This document shows, piece after piece, positions 39,279 to 52,850 of a stretch of DNA of 64,000 bases (position 1 is the stretch's first letter; each line of letters starts with the position of its first letter). The stretch comes from Sphyrna mokarran (Eukaryota), in assembly GCA_024679065.1 (NCBI GenBank), contig JAGIQG010000018.1, positions 46,128,001 to 46,192,000 on the forward strand, in the 5' to 3' direction. The position numbers and the translations under genes are program-made. The notes under the pieces were generated by a model that saw only the letters and a program-made list of their open reading frames with translations, did no database searches and was not told where the DNA came from.

Positions 39279-42261
39279 GGTTCCCTCCGATATTTGTAGG
39301 GTTTAAAGAAAAAATTGGAGACAGCTTTAACTGAATATAACAAAAAGCAAACAATGATGATACTGGGGTGCAGTGAAGAGCATTATTAGATTCGGATTAT
39401 TTATCTTTATAAATTCGATGTGAATCATTCTGTGTTGGAAACGTCACCAGGTCAATTTCGCCATTCACAAGAATCCTCCTCCTGAAAGCAACGCGGTCTC
39501 CTTAAGGTTAAAAACAAACCGCCACCACCAACTTTGGCGTTATCCCGCTCAACGCCGCCAGTTAAATGACACATCGCAAAGTGTGCGCTGAATGTCAAAC
39601 AATTGTTTGTTGTGTGGTTAATCCTGGCCGATAAACCTGAGTTGGTGTTCCCATCCTAAGTTCCAACTAGGTATATTGTAAAGAGAATATTCTTTGAAAT
39701 GCAGCACCGCTGAAAGTTAATTATTGGTTCACTTAATGGAATTAGTGTATCCCTCCTTCAAGAATAAGCGCTTTGTTATTTTGACATAGTTTCTATTGCT
39801 TGAATAAAATCACACAGTGAAAATTAAGTTCTGCTGCCTTAGATTTGCTGCTCTTGAGGATTAGGCATTTTCTAATTTGCAATATGCTTATTTTAAACTC
39901 TGGTTTTATTATAAAACTGGAGTGCACCACTAAGATGCAGCTACGCGTTGGAAACACGTTCGTTCATTTATAGGCATGTTTAACAGATCGCGGAATAGTC
40001 AGCGATGAGTGTTGGTTATTGACAGTTTGGCTAAGATGCAGGCCATCAAGGCAGCCCAAACCTGATGATATTGACCTAAACAGACACTAGATATCTCGGG
40101 ACCTAACGTGAGACAGATCTGTATATTGCGATATGTCGACATTTAAGATGTGTTCGAGGAGATGCCAGGCTACACGGATAGTTTCTAGACAAAGATTCCC
40201 AAATCCTGGAGCGACAGTGGCACAGCAATTAAGAGCGCGAGCCGGATATGGACTCTGATACTGTTTTTTGGCAACTGTTGGGTAGTAAGTAGGAAAGAAA
40301 TGAGCTCCCAGGTTACATCAATGCCTGCAACGCAATCGTTCAGGTTTCTCTTGGCCCCTGTTCAGTGGGAAGGGAGGGTACCTTCAAGAGAGCCGGAAAC
40401 AGTCACTTCAATCAGTGGGAATTCTGACTGGAAGATCTGTGAAGGGAGACAAAGATCATGTTGCGATCAGACGGTGAGGCTGAGAGGGTCAGGGCAGAGG
40501 TCCTATATAGATCTGATGCACAAAACCAATTTGCAGTGTTTGCAACTATTGGCATAATATGATATGTAAGCGGTGCATTGGATAAGATCGTGCTGGAAAA
40601 TAGCATAAACAATTGCTGATTGTGAGATCCTGTGCCCAGTCTAGATTGGTAGAATGCCTGCCATCATATGGAGTCTTGTTTTTAGTCATCCTGTTGCCCA
40701 TCAGGAAGCAGGATTTTCCAATTTAAATACGCAAAGATGGGCAATGGACCCATTTCAGAACCCTTGTACATTACTTGTGCAAAACGAGATAGCTTGCATT
40801 GTGCAAGCTCTGACTCAATCTGATCCATTTTTCCAATTGTACAATTGCACCAGTGTTACCAAGGTAATATTTTTCCAACTTTGCTCATCTCGGTGTAAAG
40901 CCAGAGGAGGGGTGAGGGAGAAGGGACATATGTATTTCTCTTGTCCCCACAACAAAGCTGTGGATTGCAGATGCCGCACCTTAACTTTACCCTAATGAAG
41001 ATAGGTGTGTGGATGGACTGCCTGGTTAACTTCGTGCCTGCTACATTGCCGGAGCATTACTGTCAATTGTTGGGAGAACTAGGCAAAAAATAAGGTGTGT
41101 CATGCATGAAGGAAAGAATTGCTGCGGAAAACAGTTCTATCTGCTTTCGAAAATTTTGCAGACTTACTGTCCTCTTTTCAGACACCATTACCAGAAAAAA
41201 AAGACATATCCTTTGTTGGCAGCACAGCTCCCTCCACCCTGGAGTCCAAATGTCCGAAGCATTGCTTGCTCATTAAATTAACGATGTGTTCTTCCCAAGA
41301 GTGAAGCATTTTTATAAATATAAAAACGAGCAGGATTACATCAACATCACATGAGAACACATTACGGCAGACAAGATTATATTGTGCATGTATTTATTAT
41401 CTTTTGTGTTATTTGGCCAAACTGCTCATGATTTTTTTTTGCAATTTACAATTTGCTCGTAGGAATGAAATATTTCCTGGCTTCCACCAATTTTATCATA
41501 TTGCCTTCTGACGTTTGCAGCAACTGATGTAAATTCAGAGTTTTTATTGCTTCATCCATTCACAAAAGCTGAACAAACATTGATATGGTATGCTTTGAGA
41601 TGATAGCCTCAGTCAACTTTCTTAAGACATATAGTTATCAATTGTTTTTATAGCAACTGCATTTTGCTATCACTCAACTTAGTGACTTAACAACTTTTTT
41701 GGACTTCCTTCATGCAGTTCCTTGTTTCCAAAATATCATTGACATGCAATATCATCTCCCATGTACAAGTCAACATACTTTAACGGTTGTATAAACCAAC
41801 AATGTGAAATAAATTGCTGTTGGTGAGCCAGTACACCACCCCCCCACCCCCGCCAAAAAAAAACAGAAATGCAATCACTAAATTTCATGGCCCATATTTA
41901 GCAGGCAGCTTTAATCTCTCCCAGTCCATCATCTGCACACCTTTTACAAAAGCCACAGTTGCTTTGTATTATTATCATTAAGGCAGTTAATAAGCATACG
42001 AACAGCACTAGCACCCAGGCATGTAGAACTGGTTTCAAATATCATAAGCCCTAAATATAATTGGGAATGGGAGTCTTGAGAGAATTGGCAGGATGAAATT
42101 TAAGTCCACACTTTGAATTACATTTTTAGTTATACAAGAATTCCTTAAAGGAGTAAACTGGCTCTTAAATTTATCTTGAATAAGCAGCTGGTGCAGCAGT
42201 CCTTCTGGGTCCACTACATCCTCTTGGTTTATTTGGTAGTACAAGCTTTTGGAGTGTCACT

Positions 42262-42440
42262 CCTTCATAGAATATTACAGCGCAGTACATGCCCTTCGGC
42301 CCTTGATGTTGCGCCGGCCAGTGGACCCTCTAACCTAAACTATTCCAATATCATCCATATGCCTATCCACCGACCATTTGAATGCCCCCAAAGTAGGCGA
42401 GTCCACAACTGCTGCAGGCAGGGCATTCCACGCCCTCACC
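42262..42440 (-). mobile_element. CR1 3' tail fragment
   Basis: CATAGAATATTACAGCGCAG...GCCCTTCGGCCCTTGATGTTGCGCC is near-identical to the tail at 61372. Confidence 0.8.
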
Positions 42441-42520
42441 TTCAGATGAGTGAGGAGTTGTATTCACAAATAGGGTATGTATAGAAACAAACTCAATTTA
42501 CAAGATAATGGTTGGAATCC

Positions 42521-42591
42521 GAGTCTGTACAGGTAATAAAGTCTTACAGGTAATCAAGTCTGTACAGGTAATCAAGCTAATCAATCTGTAC
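42521..42591. repeat. Short tandem repeat, unit about 17-18 bp (AAGTCTGTACAGGTAATC)
   Basis: About 3.5 imperfect copies visible directly. Confidence 0.75.
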
Positions 42592-43909
42592 CTTTAAGAC
42601 CCGACTACCTGTAAAGACACACATTCCAACTATGAATGTTAGTTGGAACTCAGAATTTTCCTAAATTTGATCTCCTTTGGACTCAGTCAAAGAAAGAAAG
42701 CATCAAGAGGTGAGATTATTCAAAACAACCTCTAAAAATTATATTAATTAACATATTTTATGATGTGGGGAAAATTTTTATTCATAATCTTGACAAAACA
42801 GAAGTATAGCACAAGTCTTCCAAATCAATAATAAATTAAATGCTAGAAATTCATTAACATTGCTGTTTTGCAGCAACTTCTTTAATGCTACTTAATTCGT
42901 GTAATATTTAGCATGTAAGCCTTTAATTAAATAAGACAGTCTGTAGCAGATGTTCAAAAATAAAGCCATCATGATTCGCTTAAACTTCTTGATGGATTTA
43001 TTTACACTGAAGTTGATCAACAGCTGGAATACAGTGAATGAGCATAAGACATTGGACTCATTTAAGTCACATACAGTTAGCCCATATAATCAGGAAATGG
43101 TAGGGGTTAGTGTTCTGCAAAAATTAGATTAACAGTGTTGTACGGCCTTTCTTATCCAAGTCTATTTTATGGTCTTTCCGGCAACAAACAAACTTTCCTT
43201 CTGATCTGATTATGTTTTAACTATGCTGATTGCCACTTGAATATAAATAACTCTTATTCTGAATGGGATAAAGGGTGTTCATGGTTCATATATTTGTTAA
43301 TTTAATACAACTACTAGTTAAGAATGCATTTTAGCTTCAATAGGAAATTGTGCAACAATTTGGTATGAGAAATTGCTTGTGTATTTGAATGGAATATTGT
43401 GAAGCTTTTTTAATCATATTGTTGTCAGATAATCTTGTCAAAGCTTGACTGGAAACTGGACATCAAATTGAAAGATGATTTTAAACATCTGTTTTTGTAG
43501 TTAGGGGATTCTTCTGTGTCTCCTCCTGAATAAGTTGCATGGGGAGAGTTGCAAACTGACCAAGTATTAAAAAATAAGCTTCTGGTATTTGAAAGTACTT
43601 TTATGTAGTTAACCATTTGAAACAAAAAAACAATGTTTGTCTGATCTACAGTCCTCTGAGATATCAATCCCAGATCAGCATTGCAGTTGATTTCTATGAA
43701 TGCTTATTGTCCTGTTGAGGATTTGCTGAATTCTGCCACTGCTTCATGTTTCTTATTTGTCAGTAAATATTTCAGTAAATATTCAGGTCTGAGTTTGTTA
43801 TCCTGCCAATTGTGAGACGACAGTTATTCCTATAAGAAGATTATAGCACAAAAGGATAATCATTACAGAATGCTTGAAAAGGTTCAATTCTGGATTCTGA
43901 ATTATAAGA

Positions 43910-44840
43910 TTTGCCGACAGGCAATAAAGTGAAACTGCTAAAGAGAAAACTTCCCTTAAAATCAGAAATTATAAAACTTGAAAACAAAGTTCGCATTTAA
44001 AGCTTCACAATATACACAATCAGACATGTATTAATATTGTATGGTTCAAACAATTTCAATCATCATTTAATTAATGTGGTCATCTAATTTTCTCTAATTC
44101 ACATCTTTCAGTTGATTCATATGTCTGGAAGAGCCAATAGAACACCACCCTCACCCCACCGTCCCACCTCAATCATTTGAGGAAAGTCTAATGGACCTAC
44201 CTGAGTGTTGTTCAATCACGTGGCCTTTGGAGAATTGGTCAATCCTCAGAAAAGGATTGGCCAATTCTCCAAAAATGGTTACTTACTTGAATAACGCTCA
44301 AGGAGAACTGCCAGACTTCCCCCAATGCAGGGGGCTGTTCTATTGGCTCTTACAGACTTTAATTAAAAGTTGTGCATCTTTCAACAAGCCCAAAAGCATG
44401 GTAAAATGATAAATAGAGTGAATGCAGAATCCCATGGGCAAAAATGCATAAAAATTTCAGACAAACTATAAAGCTTGACTTCATATATACTCCATATATA
44501 CTGAAACAAAAGATTCCCTTGTTATGCTTAAATTATGCATGTCAGCCATGCACTCTCCCCAAATGGTGTGGGGCTGGGGTTGTTCTATTGGCTCTTCTAG
44601 GCATATAAATCAACTAAAATATATGAATTAGAGAAAACTAGATGAACACATTAATTAAATGACCATTGAAATTGTTTGAACCATACAGTATTAATACATG
44701 TATGATTGTCTGTATACCATTGATTTCTGAAGCTTTAAATGCAAACTTTGTTTTCAAGTTTTATTTCTGTTTTTAAGGGAAGTTTTCTCTTCAGTAAAGC
44801 AACAGGTCCAATGCCACTTCATTATCATATCAGCAAAAGT
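43910..44840. mobile_element. Non-autonomous DNA transposon with long (over 200 bp) inverted arms
   Basis: About 43941-44155 is the reverse complement of about 44570-44790 (AAGAGAAAACTTCCCTTAAAA...GAAGAGCCAATAGAACA versus TGTTCTATTGGCTCTTC...TTTTAAGGGAAGTTTTCTCTT). Confidence 0.75.
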
Positions 44841-45489
44841 TCACTTTAAATGCTGGTAGATACAACTTAATGCTTTCATAGAAAATTTATACATTTTGTC
44901 ATTCACTCTTTGGTTCTTAAAGTATTGTATAATCTCCATTCACTTTTTTATCTTACCTCATTTTCCTCTTATCCTTGCTCATATAAGACCATAGTGAATG
45001 AGTAGGGCAGTAGTATTGGCTTTGGACTGTTCCATCAAAGAGTGAGGACAAGGAAGATGGACTAGATGCTATCCATGCAATAAACATCCACAGTGTAAAT
45101 ATCCAAGACAGCAGGCTTGCTTTCAGTCTTTCTATTCAGTTCCTTCTTCTAGTTCCTTCTACTCAGCTGACAAAGATATTCAGCACATAGCTGATGAAGT
45201 TGATTTGTTGGGCTATTGATGAATCTGTCTGATTTGTCCAGACATTGGAAATTCTACTGTAGCATATCAATCATGTGATCCACAATTTTGGGTGAAACAT
45301 CACGATTTATTTTCATATTGATACATGGATATCTGAATGCCATTATTAGCCTGATCCTCCAATGAGCAACTCATTCATTTTGTCTGTTTCCTCAGAGGTG
45401 TCAGTGACATCAGAAATTGCTCAAAATGAATGCATCATGGCTGCTAATCATTTGGCTGACACCAGACTATCTGCTATGGTGCTCCAAGA

Positions 45490-45870
45490 CCACCTGAGCA
45501 TTGATTGAAGGTGAGTAGGCTTCTTGAATTTCAGCAGTTCATATGGTGCAGATACACTCAGTGCTTTTAGGGAGGAAGATATTCAGTGACAGTAGAGGAA
45601 CTGCAATATGGTTCCAAGTTAGGATTGTGTATGGCTTCAAGAGAAACATGCAAGTGGTAGTGTTCCCATGAGTCTGCTGCCTTTATTCTTCTGGGGGGAA
45701 GAGGTCACAGCTTTTGATGGTGCTGTCAGAGAAGGCTTGATGAGTTGCTACCACTGTGGGCTGATGGTGGAGGAAGCGAATGTTTAAAATGGTGGATGGA
45801 GTGCCGATTAAATGAGCTGTTTTGTGTTGGGTGGTGTTGATCTTCTTGAACAATACTGGAACTGCACGTT
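45490..45870 (-). mobile_element. CR1-group LINE 3' fragment, same family as 49800-51340
   Basis: Closely matches 49910-50240 (CATATGGTGCAGATACACTCAGTGC...GAACTGCAATATGGTTCCAAGTT). Confidence 0.7.
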
Positions 45871-46568
45871 GTGATTTATATTTTTTGCAAGGTTGTTATT
45901 GATTTCAGATAGCTAACTAATGTCATCAATGAAACCCTTTCCTTTTGGGAACCTAAACTGTGACAGAAATTCTAGAACCTCTCTAGTTATCCCCTCCTTT
46001 TGAGTAGGAAAATGACACATGTGTTGCCCCCAATAAAAATGATTTGGATAGCCTACTTGATGAAATTATGTATGAATATGTGGTCAACATAGCAAATATA
46101 TCATTAGTGGTAATTGAAATGAGTTGGTAGCATGAAAGCTCAAAGCAATGTTGACTTTGATCACAACAGAGATTTCTATGTACTATGTATAGCCTCCAGG
46201 TCATGCTACAGAAGATTGTGGATATGCCCTGATGAATTATAGATAATGAAGGCAAGAGTTTTATAACCACTCCAGTAATCATGACCAGGTTGTATTATTT
46301 AAATCCTGTGGGTCAGCATCAGATGTTTGAGAAGCTAGAACACTTTACTTTTGTACAGGAGTTCTTTTCCTTCCTTCTGCTACCCAGCAGAATACCCATA
46401 CTGAGCACTGTTCTTATAGCTATGCAGGGCAACTGATGGAAATGAGAATGCTGCACTAGAGGTGTGTATGAAAGAATATAGAAAAATAAAAGATGATAGC
46501 ATTAAAAAATAAATGCATCAGTTACAAAGGAAAGATTTATCATGTGAGTAAACAACTGTCAAAATTTA

Positions 46569-47970
46569 GACCCTGATTTTACCAACAATTTGAGTCCATT
46601 TTTGGGTGTGAAATCATGATAAAATTGGGTGTGAAGTCTTTATCACAATCTGCACCTGAGTCTACACAGATCGCCACTTTACCAAGATCTGCGTATGGCG
46701 GGGAACCGTTCTGCACACAAATTGGGCGCAACAATGATTTAGATGCATTTGCATGCATTTAATGAACTGCCCAACCAATTCTATCAGCATTTCCCCCTTT
46801 ACCACTGCATTTACCAATCCAGAACAGCGCTCTTAGGGATCTGCTGAATAAAAGTCTAAGTTGGGTGCTCCAGCCTCTGAAGAGCCCCTTCAGTGTTTCC
46901 AACAGCCCTCTGAATCAGATCAGTGATGGGGGTGGGGGTGGAGATGGGTCAGATCATGCTCTGGTTGGGTGGGAGAGGAGGGGAGTGAGGTCAGATAGTT
47001 GTCTGGTTGGGGGAAGGAGGAGGAGGAGGCGGGTCAGATGTATCTCTGGCAGGAAGGAAGGCTGATCATTGTCTGGTAGTGGGGGGAGGGTTGATCATTG
47101 TTGGTGGGGGTGGGGGGGAGGAGGCGGGTCAGATGTTCTTCTGGAGGGAGAGGGAGTGAGGCCAGACCATTCTCTGGGCAGGGGTTTGAAGGCGAGTTCA
47201 TTGTCAGGGTGGGGGGGAGGGAGGGGAATGGCCCAGCTCGTTGTCTTGGGGATGGAGGGAGGAAGGAGACAGGTCAGATGGATCTCTGATGGTGGGGGAG
47301 CCGGTGGGCGTGCAGATGGATCTCTAATGTGGGGAGCAGATGGATCTCTGGTGGGGGAGCAGAGGGGTCCGCTGCCACTCTGAGGGTGAACGGTGAGGGA
47401 GAATGGGGCAGGGATGGCAATCTGGGTCTGGGTAGTAGGGGGGGTGGATTAGGGGGCAGTGATGTTTGTGGGTAGTGAGGGGTGGATAAGGGACACACAC
47501 ACACACACACACATCACTGCCCCCCTTATACATCCCCTCACTACCCAGACCAATTTCCATCCCTGCACCCCGATCAGAGATCTATCTGCACCCCCCTCCC
47601 GAAATCTATCAGCCGCCTCCGAGATACATCTTAACTGCCACCCTCCTTCCTCTTTCTCCCACTCCCCCCACATAACCCCTTCCCTCACCCCCGAGATACA
47701 CCTTGCTCCTGCTTTTCACTCCCAGGCTGTTTTCTCCACTTTCTGTGGCTTGGGAGCGATTTGACACAGGTAAGCTTTTTCCAATTTTTTTCTAACTGCT
47801 CATGTGCAATTCAGAACTCCGATTGTTCTGGCATGCTAAGCTCTGCCCACAGCACGAATCGGACTGGAGATGGCTGAAAGCACATAGGGTTGCCTGAAAG
47901 TAGATTTTTAAATCAGATCTGTATTATGCCCAGAATCAGCACTTAGAATGAAAATGGTAAAATTGGACCC
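46569..47970. mobile_element. Non-autonomous PIF/Harbinger element with G-rich internal repeats and a (CA)n tract
   Basis: TIRs GACCCTGATTTTACC / GGTAAAATTGGACCC; TTA on both sides (46566-46568 and 47971-47973). Confidence 0.7.
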
Positions 47971-48049
47971 TTAGTCTTCTCAGATACGTCAATCTGGTTT
48001 GAAGAGGTATAATTCTGAAGCAAGTATACTGCCTGTTTTCTAGGTCAGA

Positions 48050-48400
48050 GGAGGAGATGGTGTGTAACGGCAATGTAACTGGACTAGTAATCCAGAGGCC
48101 CAGGCTATTGCCCTGGGGATATGAGTTCAAATCTCACCATGACAGCTGATAGAATTTAAATGTATATTGAGAAAAGATCTAGAATTGAACAGTAATGGTG
48201 ACCGTGAAACTATCACTGATTGTTGTAAAAATGCATCTGGTTCACTAATGTCTCTTAGGGAAGGAAATCTGCCATCCTTATCTGGTCTGACCAGTTTCTA
48301 ACTCTAGACTCATGGCAATGTGTTGATTCTTAACTGCCCTCTGAAATGCCTACTAAGCCAATGTCAGTTAGAGATGGACAATAAATGCTTGCCTTTCCAG
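48050..48400 (+). mobile_element. tRNA-derived SINE with a LINE-matching tail
   Basis: Head TGGTGTGTAACGG...GGACTAGTAATCCAGAG...GAGTTCAAATCTC (A/B boxes); tail GATGGACAATAAATGCTTGCC. A reverse head fragment lies at about 14340-14385. Confidence 0.7.
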
Positions 48401-49799
48401 AACTGAAGTATAAAGAAAATACATGGAATTTGCCGTAGGATCACTTATAATACTTTAGGATATTGAGTAGGCAATTATGAAGCTTGAGTAATGCTGCACC
48501 ATCCAAACACATTAAAAATTACCCCTAGAATCAATTTAGCAGTGGACATGCTGGGATCTGCCCACCCAATTGCATTCCTCCAGTGTTGCCAACGAGTAGC
48601 TACTCTCCAAGCACTTATGTACTTTATGTACTTCTGAAGATGGTGTCCTGTCCAGAAGGCTAGTTGAGTAGTCATTAACTGTTAAATTTACTTAGCTGGG
48701 GAAAGTCACTTTAATTCCAGTTAGAATAGTGTTGATAACACTGGGATTGGCTGTACTATATGCCTCCCATCTACTGTGGTGAACTTCCCTACCTTTTATA
48801 GGCTGGGTGTTCCCACTTGTATGAATTCTTCATTTTAATTTACTCGCTAGCTGGAAAGCTGCTTTAAAAAATGAATGGGGCTTTAAACTGGAGACTAGAT
48901 CACCCTTGCATGATTATATTTAAGCACAACGTCAAGATATTGGCCTTAATGTCTGATCTGAGGTTTTTGATGAAAACAAGATGGAAAATAGAATTGTTGC
49001 ATGAGATCAATGATTGACAATAATATCACTTCATACATATGCAGTTTGCTGTGAACATAAATATACCAAGTAACTTGCAAGATACTCTTTAAATCAGCAA
49101 CCAAAAGGAAAAGAGCATTCAACCTCTCCAGCCATTCTGCAGGTACGTCTTGTAGCAGGGCTTAACTGAATTTGTTCTGAATTGGGAATAGAAACCTCCC
49201 TTAGGAAATCACAGCAGCAAATCAAGAAGAATTAATGCCTTTCCTGAAGCTGAATGCCAAAGATGTCCAAGTACAAAATAATAGTGTTATATGCTAATTA
49301 TTCACTAAAATATACACCATACATTTAGAATTGGATGATACAGAGATGGAAAAAAACTCACAATCTTTTCAAATACTTTGGAAACTGCTGCTGCCCTCAA
49401 CTGCAGCTGTTATTTTATGATTTGTCTCTACCCATGCTAATCTAGTATTAGAAACTGTAGCAGGCTGTCTATCTCATATCAAATACAGATTTTCTACTAA
49501 CTGCTCTCTGCTGTATTTAGATTCCTCTAATCTATCCTTCCATTAATTTGTGAGGTCATTGCAATATTCTCTGGAGATTATGATGGTAAATATTTTGTTA
49601 TAATTTCAATCTTCAAAATAATAAATTCATAGTTTATTTCTCTCTGTTGCAAATCAATGATAGCTATTTCACATCTAGTATTTTATAGCTGGCTCAACAG
49701 CTGCATACCTAGGAGTCATGGAACAGGCTGCCTGACTGTCCTCTTTTCTGTTTGCACTTTAGAATGTGCTTCCAAAGAACAGTGTTCTAGCCAATGACA

Positions 49800-51340
49800 T
49801 TTTTATTAAATTCATTCATGGAATGAGTGCTGGTGGTAGACTAAAATGTATTGTCTATCTCTTATTGCCCTTGGGAAGGTGATGGTGAGCAGCCATCTTG
49901 AACCGTTGCAGTCCATATGGTGCAGATACACTCAGTGCCTTTAGGGAGAAAGTTCTAAGATACTCAGTGACAGTGGAAGAACTGCAATATGGTTCCAAGT
50001 TAAGATGTGTTGACTTCGAGGGAAACATGCAAATGGTGGTGTTCTCATGTGTCTTCTGCCCTTATTCTTCTCGGGAGTAGAGATCACGCTTTCGATGGTG
50101 CTGTCAAAGAAGCCTTGATGAGTTGCTGCCGCTGGTGGTGGAAGAAGTGAATGTTTAAGTTGGTGGATGGGGTACCAATCAAATGAGCTGCTTTGTGATG
50201 GATGAGGTTGATCTTCTTGAGTGACACTGGAACTGCACACATCCAGATAAGTGGAGAGTATTTTGTCACGCTCCTGGTTTTGAGCCTTGCAAATGGTGGA
50301 CAAGCTTTGGAGAGCCAGATACTGAATTACTGAGCTGCATCTCAGCTGGTGACACACTTACCACTGAGGCACATGATTCCAGATTCAAATCCCATTTGTA
50401 GATAGAACATAAAAATCAAAGCATTATCTAAGGACTGCTGCACCGCCATCTGGATGAGATGTTAAACTGAGACCCCATCTCCCTGCACAAGGGATGGAAA
50501 AAATCTCATGGCACTATTTTGATGAGCAGGAAAGTTACCTAGTATCAAAGAAGTATCCTGACCAATATTTATCCCTCAATCAACAACACAAAAACAGATT
50601 ATCTGGCCATTATCATACTGCTGTATTTGGAAGTTTGCTTGCATCAACTGGTTTCTGCATTTCCTACATTCCAATAGTGATACACTTTAAAAGTGGGTTG
50701 AAAGTGCTTTAAGATGTCCATTGGCCTTGGAAAGTATGATATAAATCTTTGTTTCAATATTCCAAATCTCTGACCTGCTCTTGTAGCCAGAGTATGGCTG
50801 GTCCAATTAAGTTTCTGGTAAACAGTAACCTCAGAATGTCAATGGTGAGTGATTTAATTGTAAAACCATTCAGGGTCAAGGGCAGATGGTTAGAATTTCT
50901 TTTGTTGGAGATGTTCATTGCCTGTCACACATGTGTCATGAATGTTACTTACCACTTATCAGCCTAAGCCTGTCGACCAGAACTTGCTGCATGCAGGCAC
51001 AGACTACTTCAGTAATGAAGAGTTATGAATGGCACTAAGACAAAATAAATCATCAGTAAACATCCCCACTTCTGACCTTATGATGGAAGGCAGGTCACTA
51101 ATGAAGCAGTTGAAGATGGTTGGGTCCAGGACACTATCCTGAGGAACTCCTGCAGTGATGTTCTGGAATTGGGATAATTGACCACTGACAGCAGCAACCA
51201 TTTTGCTTTTTACTAACTAAGACCCAACCAGTGGAGAGTTTTCCATCGGACTCCCATTGGCTTAAATTTTGCTGAGGCTCCTTGATGCCACCACAGTTGA
51301 GTGCTGCCTAGAGGTCAAGGGCAGTCACCTTCACCTCACA
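49800..51340 (-). mobile_element. CR1-group LINE 3' part, interrupted by a Deu SINE
   Basis: RT motif GVPQDSVLDPTIFNCFISDLPSIIRSEVGMFTDD (51004-51201); 3' tail near 49800. Confidence 0.8.
50360..50745 (+). mobile_element. Deu-domain SINE
   Basis: CATGGCACTATTTT...CCTGACCAATATTTATCCCTCAA...AAAACAGATTATCTGGCCATTATCA core. Confidence 0.8.
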
Positions 51341-52360
51341 TTATTAGGGAAAGAATTCCAGAGGTGGAAATGTGTAAAGTTTTTTCTATCTGTTTCCTCT
51401 GGTTCTTTTGATGCTGAACTTTTAGGTGCAGTGTAGCAATTCCAACAATTTTCCTTGCACTAGCATTGAGGGCAGGCTTCTAGGTTCTGCTGAAGTCATA
51501 ATCTTGCCAACAGTGAAAGAATAGTTTTCCACAAGATTCTGACCAAGTAACATAGGCTATCAGTGACAAAGCTTTGCAATACAAGTTCAAACTTCCTGGA
51601 CTCTAGATGAGACAGCCATCTTCCACCTTCCCTGGTCACTGTTGGAAAGCATAGCAGCAGGATGATGATAGGCACTCCATCACCCCTCTTCTTCTGCCAC
51701 ATGCATGCCCTTCTAGTACCTCTTTACTCTTGTCAAAATAGTGAAGTTTCCTCAAAACTGATATTCAGGCAACAAAAGTTTTGGACAAAGTTCAGCTAAT
51801 CAATCTGTGGTTCCTGTTGTACTCATTCTTGAAACCTATGATATGCCACAATTTATTTGTGCTTCTGCCAGCACTACACTAATAACATTAAGCAAATGTT
51901 TAGTCACATTGATGTTCCTCATATAAGCTCTGCTGTGTACAAGTGCCTTTCATTTACTTTTTTGTCCAGATTTGGCAGTACATGCTCACTGTATAATGCA
52001 TACTACTGATTGAAAATAAATGACTGATTCATCAGTTCTTTTCAGTCATTACAAAGTGCATGGGCAGTACAACAAGTCAGTAAATCCATTGTTTGCATTC
52101 GTTTGAAGACACATATGTAAAACCTACTATACTTTCCTCCACATAACTGTTTAAGGGCAACTGCACACTATGTATTTTGCATCATTATGATGACCAAACA
52201 CTGGTCTGGAAATATGTAGTGCAAATGCTCAACTATATATCTTTGTCACAATATCTGTTATTTTGCCTGTAGGAAATATTATTAGATTTCTTACAGCACG
52301 GTTTTCATCTTTTAACATATGGGCAGAAAAACCTGATAAAAATGTATTTTTAGAAATCAT

Positions 52361-52850
52361 GGGTAGAACTTTACATTCCCCCACCAGCAGATATTTAGAC
52401 AGTAGATTGGGCCATTCAATAAGTGACTTCATTTTGGCCTCAGAGGAAATGGGGAGCTCCTCTATGAATAGCCTTCTTTTAACTTTCAGCACCACCCCAC
52501 AAAAGGTCTAGCCACTACAAATGTTCTCTTGGCCTCTCCACTAACACCTCTACCCACCGTGCCTACTACCCTCAGGCATCACCTTTTCTCCCCACTTTCC
52601 TAGCCCTGGGCTTCCAGGATATAAACTCTGGAGATTGCTTGCAGTCCAATCTTGTCTGCTGTAGTTTCAGGAGCTGTATCTCTCTGAAGTGGAATTTCCT
52701 ACTAAGGGGCAGAAGTCCCACCTCCAGCCAATTAATGTTCCTTGGAGCATTAAATGGCTGTAGGGCTGTGAGTATTGGTGGTAATGTATTCAACACCAAC
52801 TCCTCATATGGCAGGAAGGAAAAGTCTCCCACCCAAAAAATCCTGCCTCC
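52361..52850. mobile_element. Harbinger-like MITE
   Basis: GGGTAGAACTTT ... AAAATCCTGCC termini. Confidence 0.5.

Larger units (their letters stand above)
32100..40300. promoter_or_regulatory. CpG-retaining domain around the GRIN2A 5' end (putative non-methylated island and promoter)
   Basis: CG dinucleotides are visibly frequent here despite modest GC and rare in most of the window; few TEs between about 31.3 and 37.4 kb. TSS not identified. Confidence 0.6.

Noticed and set aside
42521-42591. CRISPR-like repeat
   Set aside because: Contiguous tandem units with no spacers, in a vertebrate context with no cas genes.
47493-47513. (CA)n as a homologue of the human GRIN2A promoter (GT)n repeat
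   Set aside because: It lies inside a transposon about 14 kb from the exon; no evidence of orthology.
46865-47764. Gly/Pro-rich ORFs
   Set aside because: By-products of low-complexity G/C-rich transposon sequence.
52485-52500. TTCAGCACCAC as an RE1 site
   Set aside because: Left half only, inside a MITE and far from the promoter domain.
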